Below are positions 56,709-64,000 of a stretch of DNA of 64,000 nucleotides, piece after piece (position 1 is the first letter of the stretch; each line of letters starts with the position of its first letter). Position numbers and translations under genes: made by a program. Source of the DNA: a virus. Below the pieces are notes generated by a model. The model made no database searches. It was given only the letters and a program-made list of their open reading frames with translations, and was not told the origin of the DNA. The DNA lies in the IMG/VR virus record IMGVR_UViG_3300001505_000001; one strand, written 5' to 3'.

Positions 56709-56867
56709 CTAACTAGAAATCCATTCTTGAATAACATCATTTACTTTTTTAATATATTCTTCACTAAGAAGTTCATCTTTATCTATATTAATGTCTAAAA
56801 TTTTATCAAATGCCTTCGCTTTTTCTTTTACTGGAGTAATAATTTCTTCTACTTTAATTTTTGTCAT
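56709..56867 (-). CDS. Small unannotated ORF (52 aa)
   Basis: Strong RBS GGAGGAG then ATG. Translates as MTKIKVEEIITPVKEKAKAFDKILDINIDKDELLSEEYIKKVNDVIQEWISS. Confidence 0.4.
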   Translation of the reverse strand: MTKIKVEEIITPVKEKAKAFDKILDINIDKDELLSEEYIKKVNDVIQEWISS

Positions 56868-57084
56868 TGTTTAACTCCTCCTTATATAAATCCATTAATT
56901 TTTTTGAACGATTGCTAGATTCTTCTATTAAAAACCTATCTTCAAATGTCATTCTGTCTAATAATTCTTGTGTTGTCTTTTCTTGATAGTTATTTACATT
57001 AATAGTGCTATCATACTTTTGTAAAATTTCCATAACCTTTACTTGTTCGTTTAAAATCTCTGAAATTAATTCTTTTTTATTCAT
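56854..57084 (-). CDS. Hypothetical small protein
   Basis: 76 aa; promoter upstream. Confidence 0.35.
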   Translation of the reverse strand: MNKKELISEILNEQVKVMEILQKYDSTINVNNYQEKTTQELLDRMTFEDRFLIEESSNRSKKLMDLYKEELNNDKN

Positions 57085-57114
57085 TCTATTTCTCCTCCTT
57101 ATTTCTATAATTCA

Positions 57115-57143
57115 ATATTAACATATGTATAAACCAAAGTCAA
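57115..57143 (-). promoter_or_regulatory. Promoter TTGACT-17-TAATAT with the upstream terminator hairpin ctagag-aaaaaa-ctctag (57171-57188)
   Basis: Minus strand reads TTGACTttggtttatacatatgtTAATAT. Confidence 0.45.
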
Positions 57144-57199
57144 CAATATATTAATAAAGACTAGAGAAAAAACTCTAGCCTTAACATATTTTTATCTTA

Positions 57200-58243
57200 T
57201 TAAGCAATCTCTTTTAATTTATCTACTAATACTGATAAAATTTCTGCTTGACTTTCGTCTAAGTCTTTTACTTTTCTTCCATTTCCTAAGACATCTTCAA
57301 TGACTTTATTACGCTCTTCTGTTTTACCGTCTTTTTGTAGTTTTTTTCCTAGTGCAGCTGTTTCTTTCATTAAAGCATCAAAGTCATATTCTACACCTTT
57401 AGACTGTTCTCGTTTTCCTTCTGTAATATTATCTTTTCCTTCTGATTCAATAGCTTTCTTCACTACTTTTTGATAAGAGTCTGATGATAATTCAGATGTT
57501 TCTGGCATAAATCTAAAAGTAGCTCCTGCTAAATGTGTTAGTGAATCTCTGTAAAATATTTTACGATGTTCTACACCATTATTATCTACAGTTAAGTCTA
57601 AAAATAGAATATTATCTGCTATACGATTAATCATATTAAAGAATTTTGTTTTTACATCTGGAACTGTTTTTTGATATTCTACGTATTCTTTGCCATCTTT
57701 TTCACGAGTAGTAGTAGCACCTTCTACATTTTTTTCTTCTTCTGTAGCGTCTTTAACTAAAACTTTTTTAGTTTCTGTTTTAGCGTGTGAAATAAATACA
57801 GGTGTATATCCAGACTTTTCAATCAAAGAAAGACCTTTTTCTAACTCTTTATTATATTCACTGAAGCCTTTACCCCAAGCAGCGTCTGATAAATCATCAA
57901 TTTGTAAATTAGATAAAACATAAGTTTCACAATAGGTTTCAAATCGTGATACAGTATCTAAAGCAATTGCATCGTATTTTTCTTGTAATTTAGGGTCTTT
58001 AAGCAATTTCATAATACGTAAAAACTCCGCCCAAGAATCAATATTAATAACATGAGCATTAGGAATTGCGTCGTGACGACGTTCAGTTGCTAAAAATAAT
58101 ACTTTCTCTCCGTATAAATCATTAATAAATGTTGTTTTACCAGTTTTAGGAAAACCATAAACAAATGTAGAATATGTTTTTGCGTCAGTTGGTACTTTAT
58201 TCCCCTCGATATTCAATAAATCATCTACTGTAATTTTTGCCAT
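57200..58243 (-). CDS. AAA_24-family / RecA-like ATPase (Sak4-like recombination protein candidate)
   Basis: N-terminal Walker A VYGFPKTGKTTF; hydrophobic Walker B-like IALDTVS; size and placement next to SSB-like and replication genes. Confidence 0.4.
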   Translation of the reverse strand: MAKITVDDLLNIEGNKVPTDAKTYSTFVYGFPKTGKTTFINDLYGEKVLFLATERRHDAIPNAHVINIDSWAEFLRIMKLLKDPKLQEKYDAIALDTVSRFETYCETYVLSNLQIDDLSDAAWGKGFSEYNKELEKGLSLIEKSGYTPVFISHAKTETKKVLVKDATEEEKNVEGATTTREKDGKEYVEYQKTVPDVKTKFFNMINRIADNILFLDLTVDNNGVEHRKIFYRDSLTHLAGATFRFMPETSELSSDSYQKVVKKAIESEGKDNITEGKREQSKGVEYDFDALMKETAALGKKLQKDGKTEERNKVIEDVLGNGRKVKDLDESQAEILSVLVDKLKEIA

Positions 58244-58295
58244 AATTAATTTCTCCTTTGATTTTATAATGTTTTACGATTTTTTATATTGCTAA

Positions 58296-58559
58296 TTAAT
58301 TAAATGGTTTTAATTCTTCAACAGAGTTATCTAGTGTATCTAAGACTTCTTCTGATAATGCAATTAAAGTTTCTGACGTATCTAATGATGAACCTTTTTC
58401 ATATACTGTGTCCATAACAGAAAAAAGATATTTTCTTATTTCTCCTACTGTACCATCTGTGTTGTTAATTGCATTCTGTAATAAATGATTTCCTAATGTT
58501 GTTAATTGTTCTTTAATTTGTTCAACACTCATTAAATCATCTAATTTAATCTCTTTCAT
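58296..58559 (-). CDS. Hypothetical protein
   Basis: 87 aa. Confidence 0.35.
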   Translation of the reverse strand: MKEIKLDDLMSVEQIKEQLTTLGNHLLQNAINNTDGTVGEIRKYLFSVMDTVYEKGSSLDTSETLIALSEEVLDTLDNSVEELKPFN

Positions 58560-58581
58560 AAATATTTTCTCCTTTATTACA

Positions 58582-58806
58582 TTATACTAATTTTGTTTTA
58601 TCAAGTCTAAACTCTAATTCATTTTCAGCTTCAATCAAGAAACCCTGCATTAAAAAATTATTATCTTCATCTAATCTATGTTTGTGCAGCTCTAAAGCAT
58701 GTTTAATTTTGCCATAAGTTTCATGTTCAAAGATTAAATTATCAATATATTCTTCTACTTTCTCTTCAAATAGTTCAGCATAATGTGTATAATAATCAAA
58801 ATCCAT
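58582..58806 (-). CDS. Hypothetical protein
   Basis: 74 aa. Confidence 0.35.
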   Translation of the reverse strand: MDFDYYTHYAELFEEKVEEYIDNLIFEHETYGKIKHALELHKHRLDEDNNFLMQGFLIEAENELEFRLDKTKLV

Positions 58807-58818
58807 AATTATTCCTCC

Positions 58819-59205
58819 TTATCCGTGTTCTGCTTCTGATACCTCTGTATCATCATCTAGTACGTCATCCGTATCATCTTCTGGCTCATTTACTTCAGAT
58901 GTTTTATCTGTATCTGCAAAAGGTTTTACATTCTGCATCTTATTATCTAGTTTAGTAATTGCATCGTTTACTACTTGGATAGTAATTAAAGTTTGTGTCT
59001 GAGAATCTTCTTCTAATTCTGATTCTGTTACAGTATCCATACCTTCATCATTTTTAGTCAACTCTTGTTGATATTCATATAATTTATTTCTAATTTGATT
59101 ATAAGTTCCATTATTAGTTTCTGATACTGCTTGTTCTAAAACTCTGTCTGAGTATTGTTCTAATTCTTCTTTAAGTTCATCTAAAAACATATTATGTTCC
59201 TCCAT
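58819..59205 (-). CDS. Hypothetical acidic protein
   Basis: 128 aa, D/E-rich C-terminus. Confidence 0.35.
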   Translation of the reverse strand: MEEHNMFLDELKEELEQYSDRVLEQAVSETNNGTYNQIRNKLYEYQQELTKNDEGMDTVTESELEEDSQTQTLITIQVVNDAITKLDNKMQNVKPFADTDKTSEVNEPEDDTDDVLDDDTEVSEAEHG

Positions 59206-59216
59206 TATTTATTGTA

Positions 59217-60098
59217 TTAATTTTTTTCAATAATATCCTTTGAGTCCCAACCTCTTAAATATCTTTTGTAAAGTTTGTCTTTAGATACTTTTAGTTCTAC
59301 CGCCCATTCTGAAATAGTTTTGGTTTTATCGTTGTAAGTTAGTTTTATTTCTCTATCTTTAGTGCTTTTGTTTAGAATATCTTTCACATTCCAACCTTTT
59401 TCTAACCTATAATGAATAATATATTTTGGCAATCCTGTATATTTACTCCAATCAGATATAGATTTTTTATCTCCATTATATGTTAAATATATTTCATTGT
59501 CTGTTCTAGGAGTAGTCATTATTTTCTCATCTGACCAACCACGTTTTTTCCTACTTCTAACACTATTTTCATCCATATTTAAAATTTTACCTGCTTCTTT
59601 GAAAGTATATTTTTTATTGTTATACTCTATAAACACATTATTTCTTTTATTGTTGGCTTGAACATACAAATCAACCCATCTACAATTCTCCGGATTATAA
59701 TTTCCATCATTATTTATCCTGTCTATAGTCAAATTAGGATTATACCCGTTTTCTAAAGACCAATTATAAAAAGATTCAAAGGAGTTTCTCCAAGCATCGC
59801 AAACTTTAATCCCTCTTCCTCCATAGTTATTAAATGATATGTTCTCTCTATTGTAACATCTGTCAATTATTTTATACCATCTATTATACAAATTTCTTCT
59901 TATAACATCCCTAGAATTTAAACAACCACAAGATTTAGTCTTTTTTAAAGAGTCTAAACGGACAGTTTGTTTTTTGCCACATTTACATATAGTATTATAA
60001 TATTTCCTTCCTTCATCATCTATTTTAGAAAGAGAGAGAGCCAATCTCTCTCCAAAATATTTTCCTACGTTATCATCTTTAAAAGTCAAGCTCTTCAA
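59217..60098 (-). CDS. Freestanding HNH homing endonuclease with three C-terminal DNA-binding repeats
   Basis: HNH motif IDRINNDGNYNPENCRWV; zinc-finger CKCGKK...CGC; three repeats of about 45 aa (KYTFKEAGKILNMDENSVRSRKKRGWSDEKI / KKSISDWSKYTGLPKYIIHYRLEKGWNVKDI / TKTISEWAVELKVSKDKLYKRYLRGWDSKDI). Start is probably MMRSLKSL (about 60098) rather than the track start 60182. Confidence 0.55.
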   Translation of the reverse strand: MKSLTFKDDNVGKYFGERLALSLSKIDDEGRKYYNTICKCGKKQTVRLDSLKKTKSCGCLNSRDVIRRNLYNRWYKIIDRCYNRENISFNNYGGRGIKVCDAWRNSFESFYNWSLENGYNPNLTIDRINNDGNYNPENCRWVDLYVQANNKRNNVFIEYNNKKYTFKEAGKILNMDENSVRSRKKRGWSDEKIMTTPRTDNEIYLTYNGDKKSISDWSKYTGLPKYIIHYRLEKGWNVKDILNKSTKDREIKLTYNDKTKTISEWAVELKVSKDKLYKRYLRGWDSKDIIEKN

Positions 60099-61068
60099 GC
60101 TCCTCATCATCAATATCAGATTTAACATTATTATCTTCTTTTTTTTCAAAAGCATTGCCGTCTGGTGTATCTGATGGAACATAATTTTGTTCTAATTGTT
60201 CTAATGCTCTTTTTCTGTATTTATGAGCTAATTTAATTTGTTCTTCATCATATTCTCTACCATCAGCATAAGGCGTAGTACCCCCTACAACTTCAAAGTT
60301 ATTAACAAAATTACGTTTAACTTCTGCTAAATCTTCTGTATCTCCGAAACCATCAATCTCTTCTTGCAATTCTTCTGGTTCAGCATCTACTGCGTAATTA
60401 TTAATTTTTAATGTAAATTTACCAGTGTCGCCTTCGTCATATAATTCTTCAAATTTTTCAGCAATATCAGATGGAACAATAGCTTCAATAGGAATGATTG
60501 GTCTAGCATTGTCACGTAATTGTTTGTAGAAATCAACATTAAAGAACTCTAATTTTTTATCGTCTGTTGGTAGTCCGTCGTCATCATTAATATCTTTAAT
60601 ACCAGTAACGATACCTTCGACTACTACTTTAGCTTTAGGTCCTTTGGCTTTCTTAACCTGTTCCTCTGTTAATCTATTAAAGAATTTTGCACTAACATTA
60701 TTGTGACGTCTAACATTTCCGTCTTGACCAATATATTCGTTCAATTCTACTGAACCGTCAACTCTAACTAAATCTGCTTCTTTCTTGTTACCTGTATCTT
60801 CAATTGATTTGTATTCATCTAATACTGTTTTAAACCCTTTATATAAACCGTTCTCGTTCCCGTCCTGTTTAAATCTATTAGAATAAACACGTGCTCTAAT
60901 ATCATGAGAACGTACTTCTCCATTAACTGATTCTTCTACAAGAATAGTTACAGAACCTTTAATATTTTCTTTGCCATCTTTTGTTTCTCCTAATTCAAGG
61001 TCTACTGATTTAACACGACCAATAACCTCTGCCTCATTCTTTAATGCTTTTAATGTTGTATCTGCCAT
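60079..61068 (-). CDS. Single-stranded-DNA-binding-like protein with acidic C-terminal tail (tentative)
   Basis: 329 aa; C-terminus DIDDEELEELDF resembles SSB acidic tails (..DDDIPF). Confidence 0.35.
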   Translation of the reverse strand: MADTTLKALKNEAEVIGRVKSVDLELGETKDGKENIKGSVTILVEESVNGEVRSHDIRARVYSNRFKQDGNENGLYKGFKTVLDEYKSIEDTGNKKEADLVRVDGSVELNEYIGQDGNVRRHNNVSAKFFNRLTEEQVKKAKGPKAKVVVEGIVTGIKDINDDDGLPTDDKKLEFFNVDFYKQLRDNARPIIPIEAIVPSDIAEKFEELYDEGDTGKFTLKINNYAVDAEPEELQEEIDGFGDTEDLAEVKRNFVNNFEVVGGTTPYADGREYDEEQIKLAHKYRKRALEQLEQNYVPSDTPDGNAFEKKEDNNVKSDIDDEELEELDF

Positions 61069-61103
61069 AAATAATTTCTCCTTCTTTTTTTAATCTGTTA
61101 TTC

Positions 61104-61133
61104 ATTATAACATGACACCCCTAAAGGTATCAA
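61104..61133 (-). promoter_or_regulatory. Promoter TTGATA-18-TATAAT
   Basis: Minus strand reads TTGATAcctttaggggtgtcatgtTATAAT. Confidence 0.45.
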
Positions 61134-61162
61134 GTAAAAGTTAATTATTTTTGATAAAAATG

Positions 61163-61423
61163 TTATCCTAATGTTCCAACAAATTGCATACATTCCATTT
61201 GACCTTTGTATACAGTGTCGTCTCCTTGTCGATTATCAATGATAGCTGGAACCTGCATCAAATCATGACCAATCGCCAGTGTTGGGTCTTCTTCTACATC
61301 AACATATTCAACATCAACATTCTTGTCAGCTAATTGATTTTTTACAATAGGGCATTTTGTGCAGCTCTGTGTACTCAACATGTAAATTTTATTTTCCATA
61401 ATTAAAAACTCCTTTATCTCCAT
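61163..61423 (-). CDS. NrdH-like glutaredoxin / thioredoxin-fold redoxin
   Basis: 86 aa; MLSTQSCTKCPIVKNQL contains the CxxC active site. Confidence 0.5.
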   Translation of the reverse strand: MEIKEFLIMENKIYMLSTQSCTKCPIVKNQLADKNVDVEYVDVEEDPTLAIGHDLMQVPAIIDNRQGDDTVYKGQMECMQFVGTLG

Positions 61424-62397
61424 CTTAATTCCATAGCTTTATGGTTTACTTTTTTGATTGCGGCTTCTATTGATTGTCTAACAGAAGATTCATCATTTCC
61501 TATTATATCAGCTATAGCAACATTTGTCAAGTCATTTCTATAAAATTTTAAACATTCTCTTTCACGTTCTGTCATTTCAGTACGTTCTATAAGATTATCT
61601 AAATCATATAATATACATTGAAAATCATTTTGGAAATCCCCATTAAATTTAAATCTCAATAATCCGTCTACTCTATTAAAGTGTGGATTACTATAATCTA
61701 ATGAATACCCCTTTAAATGATTATAATTTGCAAAATCAATTACATCTAAATTTGGCTGTGTCGATTCACTAAAATATCTTAATGAATAGCCGTGAATTTT
61801 CATTAGACTATCTTTTGCCAATATCATATCTTTTTTAACTTCGCCTTTGATTCTATCTACTTTAAACTTTTGACCTTCTTCTGATTTTCTTTTCAATACA
61901 TTAAGATAAGTGTCATAATCTCTAAGAACTGAGCCCAACCAATCCCCACGTCTTAAGTCTTTAGCTGTTATTTTTTGGTCTTTACTTTTTTTATAATTAC
62001 TCTGACCTGCCAAAAGAAAATCTATTACTTCTGGTTCTTGGTCTTGATATAATTTTTCTTTATTAACTGCTTTTCTAAAAGCATCTTCATCATAATAAAA
62101 CTTATAATTCACGTCGTTATCTTCTCTTGTATCAGCAGAATTAAGCATATATGTTGCATAATTCTCTAATACTTTACAAACATTATTATCCATAGAAAGA
62201 TAATCATTTTGAGAAGCTACTGGATTATAGTAATCTTTAAAATATTCTTCAAAGAATGATGTCCCCTCTAATGTTTGATTAATACAATCTAATCTATCGT
62301 TATAATTAAGAAGACTTCTATCCATAACTTTATTTAATTTAATAGCATTAGTTCCGTCTAATGTTGCTGTAAAATTTTGTTGTGTTGTAAAAGCCAC
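61414..62397 (-). CDS. Sigma-factor-like transcription regulator (C-terminal sigma-70 region-4-like HTH)
   Basis: C-terminus LTERERECLKFYRNDLTNVAIADIIGNDESSVRQSIEAAIKKV resembles sigma region 4.2; it is the first gene of the leftward early region. Confidence 0.4.
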   Translation of the reverse strand: MAFTTQQNFTATLDGTNAIKLNKVMDRSLLNYNDRLDCINQTLEGTSFFEEYFKDYYNPVASQNDYLSMDNNVCKVLENYATYMLNSADTREDNDVNYKFYYDEDAFRKAVNKEKLYQDQEPEVIDFLLAGQSNYKKSKDQKITAKDLRRGDWLGSVLRDYDTYLNVLKRKSEEGQKFKVDRIKGEVKKDMILAKDSLMKIHGYSLRYFSESTQPNLDVIDFANYNHLKGYSLDYSNPHFNRVDGLLRFKFNGDFQNDFQCILYDLDNLIERTEMTERERECLKFYRNDLTNVAIADIIGNDESSVRQSIEAAIKKVNHKAMELRWR

Positions 62398-62456
62398 TAT
62401 TTCTCAACTCCTATATTCTGTTTCATAAATAATACCTCCAATTATTTCGTATAATT

Positions 62457-62486
62457 ATTATAACATATGCGTAGTGTTCTTGTCAA
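62457..62486 (-). promoter_or_regulatory. Perfect consensus sigma-A promoter TTGACA-17-TATAAT for the sigma-like gene
   Basis: Minus strand reads TTGACAagaacactacgcatatgtTATAAT, read directly from the sequence. Confidence 0.6.
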
Positions 62487-62526
62487 TTATTATTTTTAAA
62501 AAAGATACATATTCATCCCTTTTTAT

Positions 62527-62700
62527 AATACCCCTGTCATTTTTGAACAAAAAATTTTTAAAGCTAGTGTAAAAATAACCCCCCTTATAGCTACAACAAA
62601 TGTATATTAATAAGTCGGTAAAAATTAAGCCCCCTATCTGACAACAAAATCATTTATAAAAAGGCGGCAAAATTGAACCCTACCTATCTGTAGAAAAACG
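62527..62700. repeat. Four iteron-like direct repeats (about 23 bp, spacing 46-53 bp) in an AT-rich non-coding region
   Basis: CCCCTGTCATTTTTGAACAAAAAA / CCCCCCTTATAGCTACAACAAATG / CCCCCTATCTGACAACAAAATC / CCCTACCTATCTGTAGAAAAACG. Each is a C-tract followed by (A)TNNNNAC/GAACAAAA. Confidence 0.5.
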
Positions 62701-63166
62701 TTTTTATTTTTGGGGTAAAATCAGAGTGTTTTTGTTTAGGTTTGATGGTATATGACTATAGTATAATCTAATAGATAGGTTTCTTTTAGGTTTAAGTCAT
62801 GTTCTATACAACAGTATTATATACATCTAATAGTTGTAATATACACAACATTCTCATAATTCATGTCAGTGTTTGTGCCTTAATAAATACTATAATATAG
62901 TATTGATTGTTATTATTCTTATAGCATTTCTCAAAACTGTTTATTTTCAATAAATCTTCATTCTATTATATACTTTATATAATATATTTATAATTATAGT
63001 GTCGTAATATATATTACATTTAATTATTATAGAATGTTCTCCAAAGGAATGTTTTTAGATCCCCTATATGTTGAAAAGTGTATCTATCTTTAAAACTATA
63101 TTCCACTATATATTTAATTGATATAATCGATTAATTATTTGCTGTCATTTATAGTATGTTTCATTA

Positions 63167-63703
63167 TTAATCTATATGCTTCCATTGTTTTCTTGTAACA
63201 ACATCACTAATTGTTCGTGGACTAACATTAAACATTTTAGCCAATTCCACTTGTTTATATTCTTTAAGCTCCCATAATATCCTTATTTCTATAACTTCTT
63301 CGGGAGTAAGTTTACTGCCATTGACATCTTCTCCTTTGGAATGCTTAGAATCTTTAATAGATTCTTCTTTCTTTTTATATTTTAATAAGCCTGTCTCAAT
63401 AGCATGTCTAATATTTTCTTTAGGTGTAACCCATTCTAAATTTTCAGCTCTATTATCTCCTTTTATTCCATTTATATGATTGACCTGGGCTTTATCATAT
63501 TCGTTTTCAACAAATGATTCAGCTACAATTCTATGAATATATTTATAATGCTGTTTTTTATTCTTGGAAAGACATGTCGCTACATAGCCGTCGTCTTTAA
63601 CAAATGTTTTTTTATCTTCTAATGTTTCTACTATTTTTACTCTTCCTTTATTACTAATTAAATAATTAGAAAATCCTTCAATTACTTTCCATTTCTCTTT
63701 CAT
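63167..63703 (-). CDS. Freestanding HNH homing endonuclease (NUMOD4 plus HNH_3 plus C-terminal HTH)
   Basis: KEKWKVIEGFSNYLISNKGRVKI (NUMOD4), VNHINGIKGDNRAENLEWVTPKEN (HNH_3), and a C-terminal HTH LAKMFNVSPRTISDVV. Confidence 0.7.
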   Translation of the reverse strand: MKEKWKVIEGFSNYLISNKGRVKIVETLEDKKTFVKDDGYVATCLSKNKKQHYKYIHRIVAESFVENEYDKAQVNHINGIKGDNRAENLEWVTPKENIRHAIETGLLKYKKKEESIKDSKHSKGEDVNGSKLTPEEVIEIRILWELKEYKQVELAKMFNVSPRTISDVVTRKQWKHID

Positions 63704-64000
63704 ATTTATATTTCTCCTTTTTGTTGTTTATATATTATATACTCTGCGGGATTTTCAAAAAACTCTACAATCATGAATACTCCATTTTTATGTTCAAAAA
63801 AGTTCCCCGGGTTTTTGAAAAATCGCTTCTATCATAACTCTTTCTCATTTTTTACGAAAAAAAGTTGTCGATTTTTTTGCGATTTGTCTACCGTCTAACG
63901 ACTGTATTATAAAATAATTTTTTTATATAATAATAAATATATAATATAAAATTTTAATACAATATAATAAATATTTAATAAAATTTTTATACAATAATTT

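Noticed and set aside
24669-64000. Plus-strand ORFs inside the minus-strand early region (e.g. 25165..25389, 26237..26485, 33641..34336, 44333..44818, 44999..45322, 53499..53750, 57690..57923)
   Set aside because: Every one overlaps a longer, motif-supported minus-strand gene and has no RBS. They are antisense translation noise in AT-rich DNA.
1-64000. CRISPR arrays, rRNA, tRNA genes
   Set aside because: No regularly spaced identical direct repeats with unique spacers; the iteron-like repeats are imperfect and unevenly spaced. No rRNA-like GC-rich blocks. The few non-coding gaps (introns, 28.4 kb, 56.4 kb, 62.4-63.2 kb, 63.7-64.0 kb) showed no cloverleaf-compatible acceptor/T-arm pairs on inspection, though a tRNA scan was not possible by eye with certainty.

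Overview
This 64-kb window reads as a contiguous stretch of a large, low-GC (about 30%) virulent tailed phage of a Firmicutes host. The host is most likely Staphylococcus, because the endolysin is LysK/PlyTW-like (CHAP, amidase_2 and SH3b domains), two group I introns sit in the lysin gene, and most of the many minus-strand promoters are consensus sigma-A type.

Layout:
- 1-15.7 kb, + strand: late tail morphogenesis genes. The tape-measure protein is truncated at the window start. Downstream are Dit, a Tal-like protein, baseplate proteins and receptor-binding proteins (one with a pectate-lyase beta-helix, one collagen-like), then an XkdX-like protein and a holin-type lysis cassette.
- 15.7-18.4 kb, + strand: the endolysin gene, split into three exons by two group I introns; intron 2 carries an HNH homing endonuclease.
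- 18.6-19.6 kb, + strand: a tyrosine recombinase, then a bidirectional terminator.
- 19.6-63.7 kb, all on the - strand: about 44 kb of early and middle genes read leftward. These include a sigma-factor-like gene, an NrdH-like redoxin, an SSB-like protein, a freestanding HNH endonuclease, an AAA_24 ATPase, nrdI-nrdE-nrdF, a DnaB-like helicase, a DnaG-like primase, RNase H, a DHH/DHHA1 phosphoesterase, an AAA+ ATPase, a frameshifted RuvC-like resolvase, PhoH, a triple-HTH protein, an NDT-like protein, two acidic paralogs, a PQ-loop/PnuC-like transporter, a DnaE-type polymerase (1250 aa), an SPFH protein, about 15 small or membrane proteins, a Pnkp-like RNA-repair enzyme (P-loop kinase, metallophosphatase, ligase-like domain) and a guanylate-kinase-like protein.
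- The minus-strand genes are punctuated by at least 14 near-consensus TTGACA-17/18-TATAAT promoters. In many of them the -35 hexamer sits in the loop or stem of the upstream gene's terminator hairpin.
- An AT-rich 0.8-kb non-coding region (62.4-63.2 kb) carries four iteron-like direct repeats.

There is no CRISPR array, rRNA or confident tRNA.

Coordinate caveat: the ORF-track coordinates for three ORFs in 16.34-16.64 kb are 1 nt higher than my count from the printed sequence (other ORFs checked match), so coordinates I derived myself in 15.8-17.6 kb are good to about +/-1-3 nt.
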